Below, piece by piece: positions 1 to 9,587 of a stretch of DNA of 64,000 bases. Position numbers and translations under genes: made by a program. The stretch is from an uncultured bacterium (GTDB lineage Bacteria > Patescibacteriota > Patescibacteriia > UBA1558 > GWA2-36-10): positions 8,402-72,401 of the forward strand of contig CAINYB010000007.1 in assembly GCA_903855135.1 (NCBI GenBank). Direction: 5' to 3'. Position 1 is the first letter of the stretch, and the number at the start of each line of letters is the position of its first letter. The notes beneath the pieces are model-generated. The model had not been told where the DNA came from. It saw only the letters and a program-made list of their open reading frames with translations, and ran no database searches.

Positions 1-80
1 TGGGTATGGCCTGTTACAAGTCTTCAATTTGTATTTATTCTACACCTTTAAAAAAATTTGTCAAATCTAATCTATACTAA

Positions 81-1793
81 TTATCCTAAATACTTTTCTT
101 TAATATTTCTTCTTCTTAACTTTAAGCTTGGGGTTAACAAACCATTTTCTTGACTAAATTCCTCGCTTAATAACTGAAAATTGCTTATGTTTTCTAAATG
201 CGATAAAGCACTTAATTGTTTATCTAGTTCTGCCTGGTAGAGAGCTAAAACTTTACTGTTATACAAAATATTAGGCAAAACATATACTAAATCTTGTTCT
301 TTACACCATTTTTCTAATTCTTGAAAATCTGGCACCAAAAATGCGGAAATATTTTTTTGTTTATCACCATAAACAAAACTTTGGCTAATATATTTATTTT
401 CATTTATTTTACTTTCTATCGGTTCGGGGAAAATATTTTTACCAGTAGAAAGCACGATCATATCTTTAGCGCGACCAATGATCGTCAAAAAACCGTCCTC
501 ATCGATAAAACCCAAATCCCCTGTATGAAACCAGCCTTTCTCGTCTATCGCTTCATGAGTTGCTTCGCTATTATTATAATACGCCAGCATTAAATTGTCA
601 CCTTTTATCAAAATTTCTTTGTCGTCATTAATAAAAACTTGGTTGCAATCCAAAACTTTTCCCACAGTGCCAAATTTATGATCATCTATTTGATTGACAG
701 CTACTATTGGCGAAGTCTCCGTCAGACCATAGCCCTCGATCACCAGTACTCCAAAACTAGCAAAAAACTTAGCAATCGCTTGATTCAAAGACGCGCCGCC
801 AGAAATAGCCATGCGCAAATTAGCACCTAAGATGTGACGAATTTTTTTAAAAACTAAAAAGTCTAAAAAATAAAATACTATTTTTTGCCAAAAGTTTAAA
901 TTATTTTTTTTCTTGGCTTTTGCTAAATTTAGAGCGCTAAAAAATATTTTTTTCTTTAACTCACTACTAGATCTTATTTGATCAAAAATTTTATCATAAA
1001 TTCTTTCAAAAATACGTGGCACAGCCGTCAAAATAGTGGGACGAGCAAATTTTATATCCTCTAAAATTGTTTTTTGATTACGAGCGAAATAAATACTCGC
1101 TCCAGAAAATATTGGTGCATAATAGCCAGCCGCTCGTTCAAAAGCATGAGATAAAGGCAAAAAAGAAAAAAATCTATCTGAATTTTTAATCTCAATCAAT
1201 TTTTTGGCTGACATCACGTCAGCTACTAAATTTTTATGGCTCAAAACCACACCTTTGGGGTCGCCAGTAGTGCCAGAGGTATAAATGATAGTATGCGGAC
1301 TATTGGCATCAATCTCTAAATCTAACTCTGCTAAACTATATTGATACTCTAATTTTGGCCAAGGAGAAATATTATCTTTATTTTCATGCCCATTGCCGAC
1401 GATAATGATTCGTTTAAAATCTATAGTTTGCCACAAGCTTTGATATTTATTCCAATACTCATCTTGGATAAGCAAATATTTTAGCTCGGCATGCTGAATG
1501 ATTTTTTTCATCTGCTCAGGATTATACGTAGTATGCAAAGGCACGTTTATCAAACCCAAAGTAGCACAAGCCAAATCTGTCATGATCCACTCTGGGCCAT
1601 TATTTAACAAAACACCTATTTTATCACCTGAGTTTAAAGCAAATTTTTGCAAAAAATAAGCGATTTGCAAACGAAAATTATCTAAATATTTATAATTAAT
1701 TTTTTGATACTTTTGTTTTTTTATACTCGCCAAAGCCGTGCGATTTAAATTCGCTTTCGCTATTTGACTAAATTGTTGATAAATATTAGGCAT
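81..1793 (-). CDS. Long-chain fatty acid-CoA ligase (AMP-binding superfamily)
   Basis: 570 aa; AMP-binding signature TSGTTGDPKGVVLSHKNL plus acyl-CoA synthetase-like C-terminal region. Confidence 0.75.
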   Translation of the reverse strand: MPNIYQQFSQIAKANLNRTALASIKKQKYQKINYKYLDNFRLQIAYFLQKFALNSGDKIGVLLNNGPEWIMTDLACATLGLINVPLHTTYNPEQMKKIIQHAELKYLLIQDEYWNKYQSLWQTIDFKRIIIVGNGHENKDNISPWPKLEYQYSLAELDLEIDANSPHTIIYTSGTTGDPKGVVLSHKNLVADVMSAKKLIEIKNSDRFFSFLPLSHAFERAAGYYAPIFSGASIYFARNQKTILEDIKFARPTILTAVPRIFERIYDKIFDQIRSSSELKKKIFFSALNLAKAKKKNNLNFWQKIVFYFLDFLVFKKIRHILGANLRMAISGGASLNQAIAKFFASFGVLVIEGYGLTETSPIVAVNQIDDHKFGTVGKVLDCNQVFINDDKEILIKGDNLMLAYYNNSEATHEAIDEKGWFHTGDLGFIDEDGFLTIIGRAKDMIVLSTGKNIFPEPIESKINENKYISQSFVYGDKQKNISAFLVPDFQELEKWCKEQDLVYVLPNILYNSKVLALYQAELDKQLSALSHLENISNFQLLSEEFSQENGLLTPSLKLRRRNIKEKYLG

Positions 1794-1798
1794 AAGAA

Positions 1799-2593
1799 TT
1801 AATGACTTTTAATAAACTGTAAAGTTTTAGTAAAAATAAAGTCTCTCCTGGTAGTGTCCACAGGATTATGATCATTGCGATTTAAAATAAATAAGTGTTT
1901 ATCTTTGGTCCCCGTCAAATGTTCAAATAAATATTCTGAACTCAAAGGACTAGAAATCACATCGTCACGAGAATGAATCACTAAAACTGGATGCTTGACT
2001 TTATGGGCATTTTTTTTAGTATATTCATCGATAAAATGATAAAAACTAACTAAATTTGGGATCGGAATATAATTATGTTTACCAAACTCCTCTAGACTAG
2101 ACTCCTCTTCTTCGCTTAACCAAGTTTTTTTATAAGTTTTTTTAAAAATTTTAGCTAAAGGTAAAAGTAAACGAATATTTTTTTCACTACGCATAATGAT
2201 CGGAATACCTAAAGAAACTATCGCTGTAATCTCTGGTGCCACCAAAGATACTTCTAGAGATAAATTAGCACCAAAAGAATAGCCGACTAAAAAAATCTTC
2301 TCATATTTACCAAAGTTTTCTCGAACCACTTGCAAAAGTGCTTGATGCCAATCTTTTTCATTGGCCTGCAAAAGCATAGCCATCGAGCCACCGTGTCCTG
2401 GCAATAATGGCACAACTACATCCATATCATTTTCCGCCAAAAAATCTGCCAAAATCCACAGATCATAAGGCGTGCCAGTAAAACCATGCACTAAAATAGC
2501 CAAGGTTTTATTGCCATTTTTAATCTGAAAAGGCCAAGCCTTTTTAGCTGCTCCACTCACCTCCTTAAAAATCTTTTCCTGTGCGACAATCAT
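1799..2593 (-). CDS. Alpha/beta-fold hydrolase (esterase/lipase-like)
   Basis: 264 aa; GYSFG nucleophile elbow (GxSxG); HGFTG oxyanion region; likely co-transcribed with the acyl-CoA ligase. Confidence 0.6.
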   Translation of the reverse strand: MIVAQEKIFKEVSGAAKKAWPFQIKNGNKTLAILVHGFTGTPYDLWILADFLAENDMDVVVPLLPGHGGSMAMLLQANEKDWHQALLQVVRENFGKYEKIFLVGYSFGANLSLEVSLVAPEITAIVSLGIPIIMRSEKNIRLLLPLAKIFKKTYKKTWLSEEEESSLEEFGKHNYIPIPNLVSFYHFIDEYTKKNAHKVKHPVLVIHSRDDVISSPLSSEYLFEHLTGTKDKHLFILNRNDHNPVDTTRRDFIFTKTLQFIKSH

Positions 2594-2690
2594 AAAAGTT
2601 TCTAATTATCCAATCCCCGCTATCGCGGGGACTAATAAGACTCAAGTAATTGTTTGCCCCCGGCGTATGCCGGGACAAGCAAATAAACTT

Positions 2691-3260
2691 TTAATCTTTT
2701 AATTTAAATTTCTCTTGTAAAAAATTTTGATAAACTTTGTCCTCCTCCATCATTTGTAAAATAATTTCTCTGATCATATCTGCTTTTTTCTTGTTTATAT
2801 CTTTGCTTTTCCAAATCAAATAATCAGAAATTTTGGGCGAAATACGTAAAGTATATTTGAGATGAATCATATCTCGACCGCTATCTTTATCTAAAGTTTG
2901 TAAAAAATTCGCTAAATCACCAAAACCAGTTTTTGCTTGCCAGATTTTCACAGTAATTTTTTCTTTAAAATGTGGAGAATTAAGCCAGTTTTTTAATTGA
3001 TTAACGTTATATTTTTCTTTTTCTGGTAAAAATAAAACTGCTTTATTTTGCGACAAAGCCAAGGCCATAAAATAGCTGGCTTGATCATCTAAATCGCCGA
3101 AGATCACTAAGGCTTCGATATCCGTCAAAGATTCAGTTGTTTTGGCTTTATTTAGATTACTTAAAACTTCTATTTTAGCTTTTTTAAAATAATGTAAAAT
3201 ATTTTTACTCTCTTCTGGTGAGCCGTTACTATAAAAATAAATCATCATACTGCTTGTCAT
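2691..3260 (-). CDS. Hypothetical protein
   Basis: 189 aa ORF; tight junction with the downstream gene; no recognisable motif. Confidence 0.3.
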   Translation of the reverse strand: MTSSMMIYFYSNGSPEESKNILHYFKKAKIEVLSNLNKAKTTESLTDIEALVIFGDLDDQASYFMALALSQNKAVLFLPEKEKYNVNQLKNWLNSPHFKEKITVKIWQAKTGFGDLANFLQTLDKDSGRDMIHLKYTLRISPKISDYLIWKSKDINKKKADMIREIILQMMEEDKVYQNFLQEKFKLKD

Positions 3261-4246
3261 TAAATATTTAAAAATTCACCAGCTATATCCCTCGCTATCT
3301 GGGTGGCAATATCTTCTGGCTTATGAAAATTACTTAAAACCCATAAAGTCTTGATGATAGCTGAAGACCAAGAACAGCCGACTAAGTGAATACCAAATTT
3401 GGCTGGATTTAAATACACGGGATGATAAAAAATCACTGGTATCGTCAAATCTTTAATAATTTTTACTTGCTCTTCAGTCAAACTTTCTCTTTGCATTTTC
3501 ACTAAAATCCCTTGATAATTTTTGGCAATATTTTTTATACCTTGCCAATCATCACTTAAACTATTATCTAAAATAAGTAGTTTACTATTAATTTTATTAA
3601 AAATTTTAGTGGCTTTTTTTGGATAGCTTAAATCACTTTTTAAACTAATACCAAAATCTACTTTAGCTAAATAATCATTATCTAAACTACTAAAAAAATA
3701 ATTATTTTTTTGTCTTTCTAAGTTAGCTTTAGTGCCCAGCACTAAACGACTGCCAAACATGATGCTAGGATAAGGTAAAGTTTCAGTCGCTACTTGTAAA
3801 GCATTGATTAAATTGGCTCGCAAAGAAAAACCGCCATAATTTGCTATCAGACTTTGCGCTAAATCTTTTTTGTCTCGCAAATACAAACCACTCATCTGCG
3901 CACCAGTTAAAACTATAGTTTTGTTGATATTTTGCAATAAAAAAGTCAAAGCATTAGCGGTCAAAATTAACTGCTCTACTTTAGAAACGATAATAAAGCT
4001 GTCATAATTTTTTGCCTGCAAACTAATAAATTTAGCCATTTTCTCCCATAATTCAGGTCCAACTATTTCTTCTTCACCACTTAAAAAAACTACTTTAGTA
4101 TCAGCTAAAATATTAAGCTCTGGCATAGTGTTGAGCCAAGCAGAGATATCTTCCTCTTGGTTCACCATTAAGACTTCTTTATTTTTAGCCATTGTCCAGG
4201 TGCCACCAGCTAAGATGATGCAAATTTTCTTTTTCTGTGCTGTCAT
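3260..4246 (-). CDS. Asparaginase-family protein (divergent)
   Basis: N-terminal ILAGGTWTM resembles the asparaginase TGGTIAG motif; IVLTGAQMSG resembles the second asparaginase block. Confidence 0.45.
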   Translation of the reverse strand: MTAQKKKICIILAGGTWTMAKNKEVLMVNQEEDISAWLNTMPELNILADTKVVFLSGEEEIVGPELWEKMAKFISLQAKNYDSFIIVSKVEQLILTANALTFLLQNINKTIVLTGAQMSGLYLRDKKDLAQSLIANYGGFSLRANLINALQVATETLPYPSIMFGSRLVLGTKANLERQKNNYFFSSLDNDYLAKVDFGISLKSDLSYPKKATKIFNKINSKLLILDNSLSDDWQGIKNIAKNYQGILVKMQRESLTEEQVKIIKDLTIPVIFYHPVYLNPAKFGIHLVGCSWSSAIIKTLWVLSNFHKPEDIATQIARDIAGEFLNI

Positions 4247-4254
4247 TAATTTAT

Positions 4255-5619
4255 TTACTTATTAGCTAATAAGAAACTGCCGATGGCAATGTCTAAATAA
4301 TCTTTTATTTTGGTTAAAAATTGTAACTGCTGAGCAGATAAAAACTTCTGTTTAGCATCAATCATCACTAATCCTAATAACTGTTGATTATAAAAAATCG
4401 GTAAAGCAAAATCAATTTTTTGTTTCTCCATAGACTCTGCCAGATAATGATCAGTCTGCAAATACTGAATTTCCGCTTTATTAGCACCTTCTGGATGTTG
4501 ACCTAAAAATTGTAATAATTGACTATCTTTTAAGACTAATAATCTTTCTCCTACTGGATAAACTTGATGAAAAACTTCACTGTTATTATGTTTCGCTAAA
4601 TAAACAAACAAATCTTGATAATCAATCACCTGAGCAATGACTTTGGCTAAACGAGAAAATAAAATATTTAAGTCCGCTCCAGAACGCAAAACATCAGCTA
4701 CTTGTTCGACACTTAATTCAATCTTTTGTTGTGGATTAAAGAAAAAATAATTTAAAAATTTATAAATCGCCTGATAAACTAAAGGTGAGCTAAAACCAAT
4801 CAAAAGTACAAAAGACAATTGATTAGACAAAACCATAAAGTCTATTTTGACAAAACGCAAAAGTGAGATAAATAAAAAGTAAAAAACAAACAGCGTGCTA
4901 AAAAAAGCTATTAAATCCAAAGCCGTCTTTAAAAATAGTTGTTTTAAATCCCAAAATCGATAGCGAGCTAAAGCATAAACTAACACTAGAGTAAAAAATA
5001 CCGCGCTATCTACCCCTAAATAAAATAAATTTTTTAAGCCAAATAATGGCAAAACTACACTAAATAATAAAGCGAAAGTAGCCGTCAAGGCAGTGCCAAA
5101 AAAAAGATAAGAAATTTGTTTACGGACGATCAAATTTACTCTTTTGCTCATTTTAGCCAAAAATGTCAAAGCAAAACCAATCACTAGTAAAAAATAAGCT
5201 AAAAAATAATAATACAAAACTTCTTGCTGGAAAACAAAGCCGTGTTCAGTGACCGTCACACTGCTGATGTTATAGTCAGAAAATAAGAAAGGAATCATCA
5301 GCACCGCTGGTAGCCAGACCAAAATTTTGGTATAGTGCTTCACTATTTGGCAACGATCGCATAAAGAAAAAACCAGCCACAAAAAGGCTGGAGCAATAAA
5401 TAAATTAGGTAATAAACCAAAACGAGCACCCAATAATAGATAGTCAGTAAAGCGTAAAAAAAGAACATTTATCAGCTCAATACTCTGCCACAAGGTCACC
5501 AAAACAATCAATAAAAGGACGGGTAAACGATGTTTTTGTTGTTTATTGAAGGCAACAAAAACCACTAATATCAAATTAATTACCCAGGCACAAATTAAGA
5601 TTAAATTAGCTAAAGTCAT
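4255..5619 (-). CDS. Polytopic membrane protein with C-terminal soluble (GAF-like?) domain
   Basis: 454 aa; about 8 hydrophobic helices then a soluble C-terminal third; promoter TTGACA-17-TATGAT upstream at about 5650-5690 on the minus strand. Confidence 0.35.
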   Translation of the reverse strand: MTLANLILICAWVINLILVVFVAFNKQQKHRLPVLLLIVLVTLWQSIELINVLFLRFTDYLLLGARFGLLPNLFIAPAFLWLVFSLCDRCQIVKHYTKILVWLPAVLMIPFLFSDYNISSVTVTEHGFVFQQEVLYYYFLAYFLLVIGFALTFLAKMSKRVNLIVRKQISYLFFGTALTATFALLFSVVLPLFGLKNLFYLGVDSAVFFTLVLVYALARYRFWDLKQLFLKTALDLIAFFSTLFVFYFLFISLLRFVKIDFMVLSNQLSFVLLIGFSSPLVYQAIYKFLNYFFFNPQQKIELSVEQVADVLRSGADLNILFSRLAKVIAQVIDYQDLFVYLAKHNNSEVFHQVYPVGERLLVLKDSQLLQFLGQHPEGANKAEIQYLQTDHYLAESMEKQKIDFALPIFYNQQLLGLVMIDAKQKFLSAQQLQFLTKIKDYLDIAIGSFLLANK

Positions 5620-5697
5620 ACAAAAAGGGATAAATCAGCCGTCTTAATAGACCGCCGTCATAATTATCATAGTAAAATCAAGGCTTTTTGTCAAATC

Positions 5698-7164
5698 TTA
5701 ATTTTTTGCAAAATAGGTCTCAATCGCCTGCTCTGCTTCTGTGCATTTTATAAAATCTTTATAGCCAGGAGCACTCTCATCTGGCATCATACCAGTGCTA
5801 CAGTCATTGCTCCATAATAATTTATCTTCATATGCATGTAATGGCCCTAGACCACCAGCGCTACAAAATGCCCCGTTGTCTGCACCAAAAGCTAAAAACT
5901 TTTCGTTAGACCAATTGTTATAATTTGGTGTGATTGTTAAAACAAAAGCTCCGTTATACAAAAATTGTTTAATGCTACCAAAATTTGCTTCTTTTTTAAA
6001 ATCAGCAAATTCTTTATTAAAGCCATCTACTTGCGCGCATTCATTTGGATCACCAAAAATATCATACCCTAAACTTTGTTTATTTATTTCTTTATACAAA
6101 CTCCAATTTTCTATTTGGCCGATGTTATTTTCAATAAATTTAAAATTATCCCAAATTTTTTGATGCATACTTAATTCATCGCCACGAGTATAAATAATAA
6201 ATAAATTATTATCTTTTATAAAAACTGTTAGTTTATCATATGAAAAATCTTCATCTTTACTATAGCCATAAAATACTTGGGCTGGATAATTATCAATTAA
6301 AATATTTCTTTCAAATTTTTGATAATACATATCACTCTTAGCATTTTCTGCTTCTTGCCATTGTTTAATAGTTTTAAAACTAGTGTTCTCTGAGACCAAG
6401 ATGCTCATCGCACCATAACCCTCAGTATTAATATCTTCAAAGTAAACAAAATCCGGATAACCAGAACAATATTCAGGCATTATTATGCCGTCTGGATAAT
6501 TAAAAAAATAATGATATTTATCATTGATATATAAATTATCATAGCTATAAATAGCTGAAAACTTTTTAGTAAAATTAGCTATTTTAAAACTACGCAAAAT
6601 ATTATCTTGCACAACTGGGTTACTAATAAAACGAGTATTAATTTCAAATAAAACATTATTTTTAATAAAAACTGTTTTTTTACTCTGCCCTTTTTCAATA
6701 ACCACTTGACTTTGATCTGATATCTCTGAATTAGGATAGCTACTCTCTAAATAAGTAACCAAAGCTTTATTTCCGTCTGTTTTGATTTGTTTTTCTACCA
6801 CGCGCTTTTTATTGAATTTCTGTAAATATTCATTTTCTTTTTCCAACCATTGGTCTAAAGAGGAAAAATTTTGTGGTGAAGTAACTATTGAAATTCCATC
6901 AAAATAAAAATCTTGTGGATATTCTTCAACAAAAACCGGATTATCATTACCAGAACAATGAGATTTTTGCTCTAAATACTTAGGATATTTAAAAGAATAA
7001 TTATAAGTTTGATTATGATAAGTATTTAATAACTTATTTTCTTTATTTTTTTGGTAAAACAAAAAGCTAGCCAAAATAATAATGGCTATTATGCTAATAA
7101 TTAAAATTTTATTCTTTTTAAACATAGCTATTTTATTTACTCTAATTATATAAAAATTTGACAA
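5698..7164 (-). CDS. Secreted/membrane-anchored hypothetical protein
   Basis: 488 aa; N-terminal signal-anchor (MFKKNKILIISIIAIIILASFLF); Asn/Tyr-rich. Confidence 0.35.
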   Translation of the reverse strand: MSNFYIIRVNKIAMFKKNKILIISIIAIIILASFLFYQKNKENKLLNTYHNQTYNYSFKYPKYLEQKSHCSGNDNPVFVEEYPQDFYFDGISIVTSPQNFSSLDQWLEKENEYLQKFNKKRVVEKQIKTDGNKALVTYLESSYPNSEISDQSQVVIEKGQSKKTVFIKNNVLFEINTRFISNPVVQDNILRSFKIANFTKKFSAIYSYDNLYINDKYHYFFNYPDGIIMPEYCSGYPDFVYFEDINTEGYGAMSILVSENTSFKTIKQWQEAENAKSDMYYQKFERNILIDNYPAQVFYGYSKDEDFSYDKLTVFIKDNNLFIIYTRGDELSMHQKIWDNFKFIENNIGQIENWSLYKEINKQSLGYDIFGDPNECAQVDGFNKEFADFKKEANFGSIKQFLYNGAFVLTITPNYNNWSNEKFLAFGADNGAFCSAGGLGPLHAYEDKLLWSNDCSTGMMPDESAPGYKDFIKCTEAEQAIETYFAKN

Positions 7165-7186
7165 TTATCGCCACATCTCACATAAT
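7158..7186 (+). promoter_or_regulatory. sigma70-type promoter (TTGACA-17-CATAAT), copy A of a duplicated ~72-bp promoter module
   Basis: TTGACA 7158-7163, CATAAT 7181-7186; 45 nt identical to 8527-8571. Confidence 0.55.
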
Positions 7187-7213
7187 GCATTTATATTAAC
7201 TAAATAAAAATTT

Positions 7214-7798
7214 ATGAACAAATGGGACCAAATATTTACTACTAATCCACAATACAAACCATTAAATGAAATTTTTTTGGCTGAATTATTAGAAAAAATT
7301 AAAAAAGAAACTAATCCTAATCCCAAAAAAATGATTGATCTTGGTTGTGGCACAGCAAAAACGGTTCTGCAATTCTCAAAACTTGGTTTTGAAGTGACTG
7401 GTTTAGACAATTCTATAGTGGCTTTAAAAAAATTACAAGAAGAAATTGATAATTCTAAAGAACAAAATATCACCTTAATAAACGCTGATTTAAATAATTA
7501 TAACCTTACTTTAGAAGCTGACATTTTTCTATGTAATTTTGTATATGCATTTATAGATAATAAAGAATTCTTTCTCAAAGAAGTGGCTGAATGTTTACGT
7601 GATGATTCTGTATTTATCTTAATAACACCGGTGATACATAAAGAAATAATTTACACGGAAGAAGATAAAACTAAAATTGCTGTAGATTTTGAAGAAACTT
7701 TAAAATTATTAAAAAATATTTTTTCTAGCGTTGATGTTTATCATCATGACTATATTGGTACTAGAGAAGATTATGTAACATTTCTCATTAAAAAATAA
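7214..7798 (+). CDS. Class I SAM-dependent methyltransferase
   Basis: 194 aa; motif I LGCGTAKTVLQF and acidic loop GLDNS typical of the Rossmann MTase fold. Confidence 0.65.
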   Translation: MNKWDQIFTTNPQYKPLNEIFLAELLEKIKKETNPNPKKMIDLGCGTAKTVLQFSKLGFEVTGLDNSIVALKKLQEEIDNSKEQNITLINADLNNYNLTLEADIFLCNFVYAFIDNKEFFLKEVAECLRDDSVFILITPVIHKEIIYTEEDKTKIAVDFEETLKLLKNIFSSVDVYHHDYIGTREDYVTFLIKK

Positions 7799-7811
7799 AG
7801 GCTACCATTTT

Positions 7812-8515
7812 TTATAAAAATTCTACCATACTAACAATCCAATGTTTTACATCTGGATTTTTTTTCCATAAAATTTTACCAAGATTAATCAACTTCGTAT
7901 GATTTGGATAACCCAAATTTTTTATTTTGCCATGCAACTTAACAAAATCATCAGAATCTTGAATGACAACATTAAAAACTTCTGCCAAATCCCAAAATAC
8001 CCCCTCTTCCGTATTTAAATGTTTAAAATTTTTAGGAAAAATTTTTATCGCAAAATCATAAAAAATGAAATGAAGCATTTCGTGAAAAATTGTAAAAAGT
8101 TGCATTTTTTTATTATCATAAAGAAATACTTGAAAACTACCATCCTCTAAAAAACGTGGGCAAAAATCAAATATGGAAAAAAGCCGGTGAATTTATTTTT
8201 TGGCCAAGGATAATTATTAAAAATTTTATCAACTACATAAAAAAAATCATTTTGTGATTTATCAAGATAGACAGAAGTTTTTTTACTAAGTTTCTCTAAT
8301 TCATCAAAATGAGAATTATAAAATTCAACAATATATTTATTTAAAAAAACCTTAGCATTTTTAACAGCTTTAATTTCTAAAAGTTTTGGATGATGACGCA
8401 AGGCTCTTTCTTGCCAAAAATTACAACCACCAATTTCTTGATGATTAAAAAACTCCCAAGCTAATTCTTGATCTAATTTTTGATTAAATTTTAGTTTTAT
8501 GACTGAATTAGACAT
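7812..8515 (-). pseudogene. Possible split/frameshifted gene; the downstream half carries an HExxH motif
   Basis: Two same-strand ORFs (8147..8515 and 7812..8105) separated by 41 nt; the second begins MQLFTIFHEMLHFIF (HEMLH). Confidence 0.3.
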
Positions 8516-8540
8516 AATATTATACTAATTATATAAAAAT

Positions 8541-8569
8541 TTGACAATTATCGCCACATCTCACATAAT
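8541..8569 (+). promoter_or_regulatory. sigma70-type promoter, copy B of the duplicated module
   Basis: TTGACA 8541-8546, CATAAT 8564-8569; near-identical to copy A. Confidence 0.55.
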
Positions 8570-8595
8570 GGACTTATATTAACTAAATAAAATTT

Positions 8596-9390
8596 ATGAT
8601 TATCGATAGTCACCTTCATATTTCATATTTAAAAAAACAAAAAACTTTTACAACAATTAAGCGTGATTTGTTGAATTTAATGACTAAAAATAAAGTTGAT
8701 TATGCTATTGTCATACCAGATAACGTTCCCAACCCTCAATGTGCTGACCTTGATGAACTTAGTAAATTAGTCAAAAATGAAAAAAAACTATTTATGATAG
8801 CTACCTTAGCGATCACTAAAATTAATAAAAGCAACCTAGCTCGTATTGACACCATGTTTAAGGAAAAAGAAGCTATTGGCTTTAAAATTTTTCCAGGCCA
8901 TGATCCAATCTACCCTACTGATAAACGTTGGCTACCTATTATTTTATTATGCCAAAAATATAAATTACCCTTTATAATTCATACGGGAGTAAATAGTGGT
9001 CATCCAGAAGTAGCTAAATATAATGACCCAAAATATATTCGGGACTTAGCTTTAAAATTTCCAAAATTAAAAATAATCATTGCTCATTATTTTTGGCCTA
9101 AGCTTGACTATTGTTTTGAAATGACCGAAGGTTTGCCTAATGTATACTTTGATACTTCTGCTCTAGCTGATCCAGAAGTAATAAAAGATAGTGGAGGTAT
9201 CAAAAAAATTAAAGATATTTTAGTTAAAACTATTAAACGTAGACAAGATAGTATTATTTATGGCACAGATTGGCCTATTTGTAGTTTTGAAAAGCATATT
9301 AATTTGATTAAAGCTTTACCAATCAGTAATGAATTAAAAAAAGACATCTTTTTTAGAAACTCTCTAAAACTTTTTCCAATTAAAAAATAA
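8596..9390 (+). CDS. Amidohydrolase-family (TIM-barrel metal-dependent hydrolase) protein
   Basis: 264 aa; N-terminal IIDSHLHIS metal-binding His pair; internal His and Asp positions consistent with amidohydrolase_2. Confidence 0.55.
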   Translation: MIIDSHLHISYLKKQKTFTTIKRDLLNLMTKNKVDYAIVIPDNVPNPQCADLDELSKLVKNEKKLFMIATLAITKINKSNLARIDTMFKEKEAIGFKIFPGHDPIYPTDKRWLPIILLCQKYKLPFIIHTGVNSGHPEVAKYNDPKYIRDLALKFPKLKIIIAHYFWPKLDYCFEMTEGLPNVYFDTSALADPEVIKDSGGIKKIKDILVKTIKRRQDSIIYGTDWPICSFEKHINLIKALPISNELKKDIFFRNSLKLFPIKK

Positions 9391-9439
9391 TTTAAAAAGG
9401 CTGATGGCATCGAATCGCAATGATTCAACTCCATCAGCC
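9383..9439 (-). terminator. Intrinsic terminator of the radical-SAM operon
   Basis: 9-bp stem ggctgatgg/ccatcagcc (9399-9439) followed on the minus strand by the U-run TTTTTAAATTATTTTTTAATT. Confidence 0.6.
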
Positions 9440-9455
9440 CCGAACTCTCTACCAG

Positions 9456-9587
9456 TTACTTCTTGGTGCTGGGAGAGGGTGTGGTGGTGGTTGGCTTGAC
9501 AGCCGGTGCTTCGCTGGCGTCAGATTTCTTCTTGACGCTGAGCTTTTCCACCTTTTGGCTGTCCATCACAGCCTTACATTTGCTCAT
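9456..9587 (-). CDS. Small ORF (43 aa, Lys/Thr/Pro-rich) translationally coupled to the upstream gene; candidate precursor peptide or small basic protein
   Basis: Not in the ORF track (<60 aa). Its ATG overlaps the TGA of the YkgJ-like gene (ATGA); AGGAG lies 8 nt upstream; peptide MSKCKAVMDSQKVEKLSVKKKSDASEAPAVKPTTTTPSPSTKK; lies inside the operon before its terminator. Confidence 0.35.
   Translation of the reverse strand: MSKCKAVMDSQKVEKLSVKKKSDASEAPAVKPTTTTPSPSTKK

Noticed and set aside
7165-7473. Minus-strand 102-aa ORF overlapping the methyltransferase gene
   Set aside because: It is antisense to a well-supported CDS and to promoter copy A, with low complexity.
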